DNA of 64,000 nt from an uncultured Gammaproteobacteria bacterium (GTDB taxonomy: Bacteria > Patescibacteriota > Microgenomatia > Levybacterales > GWA1-39-11), in NCBI GenBank assembly GCA_964651815.1, contig CAZYWG010000004.1:36977-100976 (forward strand), in the 5' to 3' direction. A program made the translations under genes and the position numbers. This document shows positions 28,401 through 36,773 of this stretch, in pieces. Each line of letters opens with the position of its first letter. Position 1 is the first letter of the stretch. The notes under the pieces were generated by a model. That model was not told the DNA's origin, did not search any database, and worked only from the letters and a program-made list of their open reading frames with translations.

Positions 28401-30983
28401 ACATTTTCATCCACTTCAGTAAACAATATTGGGTCAACACAGTCCGCATGCTCTACGGCTGCGGGATTAATAAGCCCTGGTAAATGGTACCATGTAGCTG
28501 CTGGAATAAATAGCGCGGCGTCAAATATGTATATATATGTTAACGGGTTTTTAGCAGGAGGGGGTTGCCCATATAATACTTCCGGGATTCGGACAACAAC
28601 GGGTCCATTTTTGATTGGAGCGAATACAACATGGGATTCATCTTTAGGACTAAACGGTTCAGTTGATGAATTCAGAATTTACAACCGTTCCATTTCCGCG
28701 TCTGAAATTTCCCAGACTCATCAGTATGGTAATTATTATATGGATGCAAGCGGTAACTATACACAAATTTTGGCTTCAAAAGCGTCAGGCGGAAGTGACT
28801 GTAATGACGCTTCGCCCGGAAACTATATAAGCTTGACTGGGTATGCAGATGCGGATGGGGACGGGCACTCGGTTAATACTCCAACAGTGTTTTGTGGAGG
28901 GCCTAATTTACCAGCGGGTTACCTGACTACTCCCGGTGGCGACTGTAATGACTTTAATGCAAATGTTTTTCAAAACCTGGCGAGTGGAGTAACAGATAGT
29001 GACCATGACGGATATTACGCGGGGGGTGCAGCATCACCTGATTGTGTGGGTGATGCAGTCGCTGCTTGGGTTGGTAGCGGACAAGTAGGATTTTGGAATA
29101 TGGATTATAACGGGTCCGAGCCTGATTTTTCCCAAACTTACGGACATACTTATATAGCTAATACCGGTTCTTTACAGGGTTATGCTCTTCAGGGGACAGG
29201 GCCATACGGAGATCAACCCACTTACTTTAATGGAACTAACGGTTATATGTCTGTACCAGACTCACAAGACATGAGACTTGGCACATATACGGTTTCTGTA
29301 TGGTTATATATGCCGGTCCAGAATGAATATTTTAAGGGGGTTGTTGGAAAACCCGGGAGAAATTACAATATGTGGGTTGGGAATGCAAACAACGCTGATG
29401 GTACAGGTGCAGCGTTTGTCCACCACAGATTTTATGACACAGTTAATGGGGGTAATGACGGGTGCCCAAATACCGGATATGTTGTTCAATTTAATACATG
29501 GAATCATATAGTTATTACAAATGACGGAGTAACTTGTAAAACTTATGTCATGGTTTCGGGTCCTTCATATTTACCTGTTGTTTCCGGAAGTGTAGCAGGT
29601 TCTCTTGTTACTACTACAGGGCCTACCTATTTTGCAACAAATCTTGATTCGGGTCCGGTAGGTAATTTTCTTAACGGTTATCTCGATGATGTCCAAATTT
29701 GGAATAGAGCGCTAACAGGGGGGGAAATTTATAATCTAAGGTATAACAACTTGCCTTATTATGCATATTATAAGGATGTTTCAGGAAATTATTCACAGCT
29801 TTCATCAACGGACGCACTTGGCGGTGGGGATCCGAATGATGCAAACGTAGCGGTTTGGAAAACTGCCGCAACTTACTATGACAATGACCATGATTCGTTT
29901 GGTCAGAACACTTCTGCAGGTAATCAGTGGGTGGGTTCAACTGCTACAGTTGGATATTCTCTAGATAATACCGATTGTAATGACGGAAATGTCTCTCTTT
30001 TCAGATACCTGACTGGGTATCAGGATTCTGACAATGATGGTTATACAACAGGAGGCGCGCAAAACATTTGCTCTGGAAATTCACTGCCTGCAGGCTGGCG
30101 GGCCGCGCCGAATGGCAATGATTGTAATGATGGGACTGCGGCGCTTTACCAATGGCTAACAGGCTATCAGGATTCGGATATGGACGGATACACAACTGGT
30201 GGAGCGCAAAATATATGCTCCGGAGCTACTCTTCCGTCAGGCTGGCGGGCCGCGCCAACTGCAAATGACTGCGCTGATAATTATGCCTTTATATATCAAT
30301 TGGTCTCCGGTGTATTTTGGTACGATTACGATCATGATTTGTATACTACAGGAGGGAGTGGAACCATATGCGTAGGGCCCGCTGCCATAATTAATACCAG
30401 ATGGGGACAAGCCTGGTACTATATGGATTACTTAGGACAATATTCTATTCCAACTGTAAGCGCGGGAACAGACTGCAATGACGGTAATGCATCTTACTAC
30501 CAATGGCTTTTAAGTTACCAAGATTCAGACGCAGACGGTTATGGGAATCCTTATACAGGCCAATGGCTTTGTTCCGATTCTACTTATTTCCCGGGTTGGG
30601 TTTCAAACGCGCAGGATTGTTATGACGCCAATTGGTACGCAAAGCCCGCGTCACCATATTGGTTTTCGTCTCCAAGACAGGACGGAAGTTATGACTGGAA
30701 TTGTGACGGCGGTTATAGCTACTATTATTACGATTATTATCTTGCTTACTACACAGTTAATATCTATTCTGACGGGTATTCATGTTCTAGTGGCCAAGGT
30801 TTAGCTTGTTATTCAACATACTATCCGGCTTGCGGGGCTTATGTAAATAATGCAAATGGCGCCGGCGGTTGTGCTGGTTATGCCCAGTATCAGTGGTGCG
30901 GCGGAGGTTGTAGCGGATCAAATTATTATTGCAGTTGTCTTTACTCATGTGGTACTTATCCTGCAACTCAGCTTTGTCAGTAG
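25407..30983 (+). CDS. giant type IV pilin-like adhesin (prepilin + NBR1-Ig-like + 4 LamG + Cys/Asp metal-binding repeats)
   Basis: G|FTLIELVVVIAIIG cleavage site; W.MDE...DD..IYNRAL LamG motifs; D.D.DGY...DCND repeats. Confidence 0.9.
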   Translation: MAAQPSKSGIKKLELRIKKSLARANKYSKSSGFTLIELVVVIAIIGALSTGLYSAVTSPKVKQRAQDAVRLRDINQIKTAVELYYQDHNCYPAASDNAFANSLTNTGTKAWVEGSTKYMSIVPLDPTDNPYIYKTDSSSCPQYMTLFAKLSQPAANFTACNIPSYTKTNATCIPSTATAPLDTTWGCVSSGSIACGAGPTPTPFICSGDSDCTGGKVCVNGSCVQPGAPPPTSNSSVFISQGSPPALMNLGATANISFTYKNNGATTWSPAGIYELGSQNPQDNTTWGNSRVPMTAGSSIIPGKSYTFYATITAPLVGGIYNYQWQMLQSKITIPSTGLVSYWKMDETTGTAVADSKGTSTGTATGTTIVPGIFNNARSFNGTSDYISTNYSSNFDVAPSGLSVGMWIKPTTTLQAGLPGGDPYKVFASSYDCSVNKGWNVAYDGTSGQLYVALGNGTTGAAIVRSTVQTLSAGSWYHVVFIAYPNSTSSKIYLNGVDVTGTTSSFGYSPPTGSMTIGRQTTNTCTSNYRYVNATLDDIQIYNRALIQTEISGLYTSTPFGDKTTNTTVLVVPNDLVVDADQDGYYTSSPAPAAYPVIAAQVVNGRTYYKTATSGYQYVSASATTTLGGSDCNDGSANIFQNVANIATDADLDGYYTGAPSTQCVGATYATEVSSGQVGHWAMNENSGSSVADSSSGNNNSGNTWGAPISGLLAWWKMDEGANNNAFDSSGNNNTATFTNTSWTGGKLSSAESFNGSNANGSSGSIAGIAGDHAWTISTWVNTTANPNFAWGTLLEVGNATCDKNPVLLRNPSQQYIVGFRNGTQISTTGLSIGTWGHLTAVYTGSLGTLSLYFNGQLVAGPTPVAAAGNGDGGKVNFGNDACGMGHYFNGKLDDVHIYNRALTSTEVGNLYSNAGAGGPTRSISGIGLNGSGQYVQIDNPSSGSLNPSSATITGWFQASNLAKPSGWQTIFFKGNYDCTTGCEDRQYALFLNNNGSLTFSSTSVNNIGSTQSACSTAAGLISPGKWYHVAAGINSAASNMYIYVNGFLAGGGCPYNTSGIRTTTGPFLIGANTTWDSSLGLNGSVDEFRIYNRSISASEISQTHQYGNYYMDASGNYTQILASKASGGSDCNDASPGNYISLTGYADADGDGHSVNTPTVFCGGPNLPAGYLTTPGGDCNDFNANVFQNLASGVTDSDHDGYYAGGAASPDCVGDAVAAWVGSGQVGFWNMDYNGSEPDFSQTYGHTYIANTGSLQGYALQGTGPYGDQPTYFNGTNGYMSVPDSQDMRLGTYTVSVWLYMPVQNEYFKGVVGKPGRNYNMWVGNANNADGTGAAFVHHRFYDTVNGGNDGCPNTGYVVQFNTWNHIVITNDGVTCKTYVMVSGPSYLPVVSGSVAGSLVTTTGPTYFATNLDSGPVGNFLNGYLDDVQIWNRALTGGEIYNLRYNNLPYYAYYKDVSGNYSQLSSTDALGGGDPNDANVAVWKTAATYYDNDHDSFGQNTSAGNQWVGSTATVGYSLDNTDCNDGNVSLFRYLTGYQDSDNDGYTTGGAQNICSGNSLPAGWRAAPNGNDCNDGTAALYQWLTGYQDSDMDGYTTGGAQNICSGATLPSGWRAAPTANDCADNYAFIYQLVSGVFWYDYDHDLYTTGGSGTICVGPAAIINTRWGQAWYYMDYLGQYSIPTVSAGTDCNDGNASYYQWLLSYQDSDADGYGNPYTGQWLCSDSTYFPGWVSNAQDCYDANWYAKPASPYWFSSPRQDGSYDWNCDGGYSYYYYDYYLAYYTVNIYSDGYSCSSGQGLACYSTYYPACGAYVNNANGAGGCAGYAQYQWCGGGCSGSNYYCSCLYSCGTYPATQLCQ
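30007..30290 (+). repeat. two tandem 147-bp (49-aa) intragenic repeat units
   Basis: LTGYQDSD.DGYTTGGAQNICSG..LP.GWRAAP..NDC occurs twice; caggctggcgggccgcgcc is identical in both. Confidence 0.8.
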
Positions 30984-31000
30984 CGTAAGCAAATTCAATT

Positions 31001-31855
31001 TTATTGAAGTTCAATTCCGGAGGAAGTGGATTTTATAGGCACAAATTTTTTATTTACAGGGTCATACACATCAATTGTCATATCTATATTTGAGTCACCT
31101 ATATTTGCAATAGTTTGGCCTTGAACAATCTGCCCGGAACTAGTTGCTAAATTTGTTTCTTGGGGAAGAATATAATTTACAATCATTTTTCTTTGTGAAT
31201 CCCCTATATCAACAAATATTTTGTATTTCAAAGAGGGAATATCCCCGCGCTCGGAGGGATCAGATATTCCAATTTGTCCTGAAGCTGCAGCGGTAATCTT
31301 TGAGCCCCCTTTTAACGTATATTTGATACCTATAAAATCTTTCCTTGTAGGGGAAGAAATTGCTTCAGCGGTAGGGCAGGGATTTTCTTTTACAGGACAC
31401 CCGATTTTTTTCATCTCCTCGGCGGTTAAGGTAGGAAGAGGAGTAGGAAGCCCTACTATTATTCGTTGAGGGGCTTTAGTTATTTGATTTGTTTTGGGAT
31501 TGTTGTCGGTTTTGTTTACTACTTTATCCGATGATTTTGAAAGGAAAAAATAGTAGGCTATGGCTAAAAAGATAAAAAAGAATACAATCCCAATAATAAT
31601 AGGAATCTTCATGTTATTTTTTTTTTGAGGAGTCGGACTCATTGTCGTTTGGTTTGGTGGAGGCGGCTGAGCGGGTGGAGCCGCAGTGTTTGAGGCGGCA
31701 GGTGGGGTGTTACTAGCACTTTGAACTACGTTTGTGGGTTGAGATACTGGAGGTACACCTTGAGCTACATTTGTAGGCTGCTGCACTACAGGCGGAACAG
31801 TATTTTGAGGTACACTTGCCGGTTGCATGTTTTCGTTTTGAGGATTTTGGTCCAT
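31001..31855 (-). CDS. membrane protein with Pro/Gln-rich N-terminus
   Basis: Low-complexity N-terminus, single TM, C-domain with faint M23-like pattern (ITAAASG...GQIVQGQTIA). Confidence 0.7.
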   Translation of the reverse strand: MDQNPQNENMQPASVPQNTVPPVVQQPTNVAQGVPPVSQPTNVVQSASNTPPAASNTAAPPAQPPPPNQTTMSPTPQKKNNMKIPIIIGIVFFFIFLAIAYYFFLSKSSDKVVNKTDNNPKTNQITKAPQRIIVGLPTPLPTLTAEEMKKIGCPVKENPCPTAEAISSPTRKDFIGIKYTLKGGSKITAAASGQIGISDPSERGDIPSLKYKIFVDIGDSQRKMIVNYILPQETNLATSSGQIVQGQTIANIGDSNIDMTIDVYDPVNKKFVPIKSTSSGIELQ

Positions 31856-31936
31856 ATACCCATAATACCATATGTCAAAACCCACCCGTCAATAGAGGAT
31901 TTGATAAAGAGTGTTTGTGATGTTAATATAATTCGA

Positions 31937-33241
31937 ATGAAAAACCAGGAATTTAAAAAAATCAAAAAAATACTCTCATGGGCGTGGAAGAATAAATATT
32001 CAACATTTTACCGTCTCAAATATGAAAAATCAGGTCTTAAGCTTTCCCAAGTGAAATCTATAGAGGATTTTAAAAAACTTCCGTACCTTGAAAGGCAAGA
32101 AATCTCAGAATCCCACCCGTTTGAAAGACTTTTTGTTGCAGAACGGAAACTGCGGGGCGCATCAATAACCAGCGGAACAAGCGGAAAAAAGCCATTGGTT
32201 GTCCTTAAAGACTTTGCTTATTTTTTAGACGGTGTAAAAAAGAAGAGTATGGGGGATGTGTTTACGTACTCTGAAATGAAAAAGTATGGTGCAAAGCGGA
32301 TTTTGACTTTGCGGTCTACAACTGGTCTAAACGTACGTTGGCATGAAGCTCCATCCTCAGCTTTCAGGGTTTTTGCAGATTTTAACAATCTTGCTATGTG
32401 CGCCGAGATTGCCAGTCTTTGCCGCGCCGACTCAATTGAAGCAAGCCCTACAACTCTATATTTTTTAGCACCATTCCTTAAGGAAAAAGGTCTTTTGGAA
32501 AAGATTAAATACATAAAGATGTTCGGGGAATTTTGCTCAAACCAAAGATACCAAGTTCTCAGGACTACTTATAAAAACGCCTATTTTTCCTCGCATTATA
32601 TAAGTAGCGAAGACTGGATGCGGGGTTGGCAGTGCAAATATCTGGCGGAAAAAAGTGCCTCAATTTTCCATAAATTCCCAGGAATTTACATAGAGTCGCT
32701 AGATATCAAAACTGGGCAGGAAGCAACTCTTGGCACGAGCGGAGAATGCGTAACAACTAGCTTGCTTAAGATGCCGTTTGTTGTAATTCGCTATAAAACC
32801 GGGGATTTGATTACGTTTATACCGCAAAAGTGCAAGTGCGGAAGCCGGGAGCCGATTTTTGAGGTCCACGGAAAAATCGGTATAAATAATTTACCCCTTC
32901 AGGGTACAATGCTTACCACTTCTCAGTTTGAGAAAGCCCTGGACTTGCTTGGTAATAAAATAAAACGTGACTTTAAGGTGCATATTTTTGAACATATTAA
33001 TCAAGGCAGGATTGTGTACAGACTTGAAATTCATTTAGTACCTAAAGATAGTAAATTAGTTGCAAATAAGCAATTTGCAACAACAGCGGCTAGGCTCATC
33101 CAGGAAAACTTCTTTATAGGAGCAAAACTTACCCTCAATGATGCAGTTAAAAAAGGTTTATTTTTACCCGTTACCGTCAAGCTTGTTGAGAGTATCCCGT
33201 TTGAACAGAAGAGAAGAGCATTTGAAATCCACTATAAATAA
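31937..33241 (+). CDS. phenylacetate-CoA ligase (PaaK/CapK)-like adenylating enzyme
   Basis: STFYR, F.KLPYL, TSGTSGKKP, GECVTTSL, IRYKTGD, CKCG motifs. Confidence 0.85.
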   Translation: MKNQEFKKIKKILSWAWKNKYSTFYRLKYEKSGLKLSQVKSIEDFKKLPYLERQEISESHPFERLFVAERKLRGASITSGTSGKKPLVVLKDFAYFLDGVKKKSMGDVFTYSEMKKYGAKRILTLRSTTGLNVRWHEAPSSAFRVFADFNNLAMCAEIASLCRADSIEASPTTLYFLAPFLKEKGLLEKIKYIKMFGEFCSNQRYQVLRTTYKNAYFSSHYISSEDWMRGWQCKYLAEKSASIFHKFPGIYIESLDIKTGQEATLGTSGECVTTSLLKMPFVVIRYKTGDLITFIPQKCKCGSREPIFEVHGKIGINNLPLQGTMLTTSQFEKALDLLGNKIKRDFKVHIFEHINQGRIVYRLEIHLVPKDSKLVANKQFATTAARLIQENFFIGAKLTLNDAVKKGLFLPVTVKLVESIPFEQKRRAFEIHYK

Positions 33242-33248
33242 TGTCTTA

Positions 33249-33548
33249 TTAAAAGAAGCTGCTGCAGCTCATAAACAAGCAGTCGTTTGTAAGTTTTTGT
33301 TTGCCATCAATAATAGATGCAATCTGTGAGCGGTCTTTTTGTGCAAGTTTTTCACTACAGTCAATTTCCTGAGGGTTTTGTCCAACGTTCACATTTTTAT
33401 GAAGATTTTGCCTCAAAACTTTATTTGATATATCGCCTTCAATGAGAATAAGCGAGGATGCAAGTGATATAAATACCAAAACTGCAAACGCTCGAGGCAT
33501 AATATCAAAGATATCAATTTTTGCTCGACTTTTATTTCTTTTGCTCAC
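33249..33548 (-). CDS. small membrane protein with Cys-rich C-terminus
   Basis: One TM; C...CLFMSC tail. Confidence 0.6.
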   Translation of the reverse strand: MSKRNKSRAKIDIFDIMPRAFAVLVFISLASSLILIEGDISNKVLRQNLHKNVNVGQNPQEIDCSEKLAQKDRSQIASIIDGKQKLTNDCLFMSCSSFF

Positions 33549-33637
33549 TTATTTATCAAAACATAAGATATCTCTCATTGTCAAGAAAAAAATATTTGGT
33601 TATACTCATTTTACAAAGATTTTAACTTAATTTCTGA

Positions 33638-35311
33638 ATGAAAAGGAAAAATACATTTTTAATTCCCGCAACAATCATTTTTTTAATAGTTATTTGTATC
33701 ATTTTTATATATAAGTTTATATATAGTGACACTTTAAGTAACTTAAATAATGAAATATCCGGAAACGCCAAATATATATCATTGGAAAGCCAAACAGAAG
33801 GAATGAATAATTCAATCCCGGAAGGTAAGGGTATAAATTACTCATTACAAAACCTTTTAAAAACAAATAAGAGGCTTGCATCCTTCTACAAATGGAATCT
33901 TGAAGATCCTCTTTTTTGGGGGCCCGGTTTTGACCCTGTTATGCTTGAGAAAAGCGTGAATGAGATAAATTCTGAACAGGTAAAGTTTCTTAAATTGACA
34001 GGCGGGAGCGCACAGATCTATCCTATCACATTCCTTCAAAAAGTAGCCAAAACGGCCAAAATTTATACCAGTTTTTTAGCTAATCCTTCTGAAGAATCTG
34101 CAAGTACACTCATTTTTTCACAACTTGATACAGTTAAAGAGTACCAAAAAGCCTTGGAGATCCTAAAGGCACAAATATCAAAAGAAGAAGATATACCGCT
34201 TATAGGATTCAGTATGAGAGTGGATAAATACGTTACATTATCAGACCTTGATGTGTTGCTTGATAATGCAACCCTTCTTAGGAGTGAAATTGTAAAAAGA
34301 GAAGGGTGCCTTAAAGGAATAGACGCGTGTAAAATACCTTCTCTCGTCTTTAAGCAGCCGGATCCTATGGGTTTTGTGTCTAAAAAACCAGAATCCGTTG
34401 AAAAAAAAATAGTTTATTTTCCCATAAAATCCGATGAATTAATCAACGGGCCATATGCTTCAGATACACCATGCTATGGATGGGGAAGCAGTTTTACTTA
34501 CCCCAAACATTATTTCTATATTGGCCGTGAAAAGCTTCAAGACGGGAGGATTATCGCAAATATCCAACTAGCCGACAATATCTTCTTTAAAAAAATTCCT
34601 TCAAACGCCGTAAACCCGGTGGAAAAAGTTTTCCTTAATAAAGGTATTCCTTACATTATGACAGCATCTACAAATCTCTATTTATGCCCTTACAGCGGTA
34701 ACCTTTCTGAGGTAAATACCCTTGATTTTTTCTTATATACAAAAAAACCCCTGATGCAGGAAGTCTATGATGTTTCAAGGAGAAAAGAATTTAATGCTGC
34801 AAGAAAAGCGGAGGACGATTTTTTCAAAAACAAATTCCCTTCATACGCAGAAGCACTTTATCTTGCGCAAAATTATGCGTATACTTACAGGTTTGTACAA
34901 GATAACGGTCTACTTGAAGATAGACCTGATTTGAAATATGAACTACTTAACCGTTACTTGATGATTCAAAGAAAGCTGGCAGGTATAGACCAAATCTTTA
35001 ACTATTCACTGGTTTTTATAAGTGACACACGTCAGATTGCCCAAGTTTTACAAGGACGCGAGAAAACACAGCTTTTAAGCCTAATGTACGCATATAAAAA
35101 CTTTTACGGACTTTTTTTCCTCCCGTTTTCGAGCTCTTTTTACTACGAGAAGACTAATCTTTCATACTCTCAAAAAATTAACGTCAAAGGGGTAGTAGGA
35201 GAAAACGGAGCATATATTGATTATATAAGCGCGGTTAAGAAATACAATAATTCCGATATAGCCAAATGGTTTACTTCACGCCAATCCATATTCGATTCGC
35301 TCAATAAATAA
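33638..35311 (+). CDS. membrane-anchored hypothetical protein
   Basis: 557-aa ORF with N-terminal TM. Confidence 0.75.
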   Translation: MKRKNTFLIPATIIFLIVICIIFIYKFIYSDTLSNLNNEISGNAKYISLESQTEGMNNSIPEGKGINYSLQNLLKTNKRLASFYKWNLEDPLFWGPGFDPVMLEKSVNEINSEQVKFLKLTGGSAQIYPITFLQKVAKTAKIYTSFLANPSEESASTLIFSQLDTVKEYQKALEILKAQISKEEDIPLIGFSMRVDKYVTLSDLDVLLDNATLLRSEIVKREGCLKGIDACKIPSLVFKQPDPMGFVSKKPESVEKKIVYFPIKSDELINGPYASDTPCYGWGSSFTYPKHYFYIGREKLQDGRIIANIQLADNIFFKKIPSNAVNPVEKVFLNKGIPYIMTASTNLYLCPYSGNLSEVNTLDFFLYTKKPLMQEVYDVSRRKEFNAARKAEDDFFKNKFPSYAEALYLAQNYAYTYRFVQDNGLLEDRPDLKYELLNRYLMIQRKLAGIDQIFNYSLVFISDTRQIAQVLQGREKTQLLSLMYAYKNFYGLFFLPFSSSFYYEKTNLSYSQKINVKGVVGENGAYIDYISAVKKYNNSDIAKWFTSRQSIFDSLNK

Positions 35312-35316
35312 TACGT

Positions 35317-35982
35317 TTACTTTCTTATTGTATCTGTAGGTTTTGGTGGGGGAGGCGGTACTTTTATGGAAGAGGAACGGGAAGCCTGTGGTAATTCGGG
35401 GCTTGGAAGTGCTTTAATTTTATCAAGCTCAGATTTATTTATGGGATTACCTTTAAGAATCAAATAGGTAAGTTCTTTCATGCTTGAAATTTCCGGTGGC
35501 AAAGCCTCAAGTTTATTATTTGACATGTCAAGAAGCTGGAGCTTCTTGAGTTTTGAAATCGTAGTGGGCAAAGAAGAAATTTTGTTGCCTGATAGATTAA
35601 TTCCTATTAGGTTTTGCAATGAAAGAAGTTCTTCAGGGAAGTGCGTGAACTTATTATTGCTCAAGTCTATTTGAGTAAGCTTTGAGAGTTTTGATATTCC
35701 GGAGGGAAATGTGGATAGATTTTTGTATGATAAATCCAAGGCGCAAGCTTGTTTTACATGAGCTAATGCCGTTTCCAGGTTCGTGAATCTTGCACACTCA
35801 ACTTTGGAGTTTAAAGTGGAACCGGTATTGGAAATTGTTTCCTTTGAGGATTGATTTTGCGAGTTATTTAGCCTTAGAAACATTAAAACCCCGAGTGCTG
35901 CAATAACGACTAATGAAGTGAAACCAAATACAAGGGTTTTTACTCTTATTTTTGCAATTTTTGATATCATATTTCGGGTCAT
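35317..35982 (-). CDS. membrane-anchored leucine-rich repeat protein
   Basis: LxxLDLSNNKxxxLPxxI 23-aa repeats after a TM. Confidence 0.92.
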   Translation of the reverse strand: MTRNMISKIAKIRVKTLVFGFTSLVVIAALGVLMFLRLNNSQNQSSKETISNTGSTLNSKVECARFTNLETALAHVKQACALDLSYKNLSTFPSGISKLSKLTQIDLSNNKFTHFPEELLSLQNLIGINLSGNKISSLPTTISKLKKLQLLDMSNNKLEALPPEISSMKELTYLILKGNPINKSELDKIKALPSPELPQASRSSSIKVPPPPPKPTDTIRK

Positions 35983-36053
35983 ATATGTATTCTAAATATA
36001 TCTTGGGCCAAATGTATTTTAAAGTCAAGAAGATTTCTCAAAATTTAATAACA

Positions 36054-36701
36054 CTATTTTAGCGAAGAGGTAGGGCTCGCAGGTTTATAATCTAAAGGTA
36101 GTAATTGATACACTGCGTGTACTCTGGATTTATCAGCCTTGTCTATATCATTTCCAATCAGATTGAGTGATGGAATTGAGTTAAGATATTTTGAGTCTTC
36201 AGGTAATTTAGTAATTTTATTGTTTGATAAATCAAGAACCTGAAGGCGTTTCAGATTAGAAATACCTAACGGGATCTCTTTTATTTGGTTGTTTGCAAGA
36301 TCTATTTCTACGATACTCCGAAGCGACAAAAGTTCTTCCGGAAAAACAGTAAATTTATTTTTGTTAAGAATTATTGTATTAAGGTGGGTTAAACTGGTAA
36401 TTCCGGGAGGCAGAGTTTTAAGATTTTTTCTAGATAGGTCAAGTATGCATGCCTGATCGATATATTTTAGAGCATAATTTAAGTCCGTGAATTTCGCGCA
36501 AGTAACTTTTGGATTTAGAGTTGGTTCAGCTACAGACTGAGATGTTTTGATAGATCCGGGAACAGATGGATTCTTAAAAAATGATTTAATCTGGTTAAAA
36601 AACAAAATACCACCCACAAGAGCAATGATTATAGCCATAAGCCCTATGACTGTAAATGTTTGGATTGGAACCGCACCTTTCTGACTTTCTGTTTTAGACA
36701 T
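36054..36701 (-). CDS. membrane-anchored leucine-rich repeat protein (paralog)
   Basis: Same LRR consensus and N-cap as 35317..35982. Confidence 0.92.
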   Translation of the reverse strand: MSKTESQKGAVPIQTFTVIGLMAIIIALVGGILFFNQIKSFFKNPSVPGSIKTSQSVAEPTLNPKVTCAKFTDLNYALKYIDQACILDLSRKNLKTLPPGITSLTHLNTIILNKNKFTVFPEELLSLRSIVEIDLANNQIKEIPLGISNLKRLQVLDLSNNKITKLPEDSKYLNSIPSLNLIGNDIDKADKSRVHAVYQLLPLDYKPASPTSSLK

Positions 36702-36773
36702 AATTTTATATTCGTACAAATGGCCGATTATGTCAAGTTCTGAAACGGCAAAGGTGCTCGGGAATCCTATATT

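Noticed and set aside
30007-30983. Diversity-generating retroelement VR/TR pair in the pilin tail
   Set aside because: Repeats differ mostly at synonymous positions rather than only at adenines, and no reverse transcriptase is in the window
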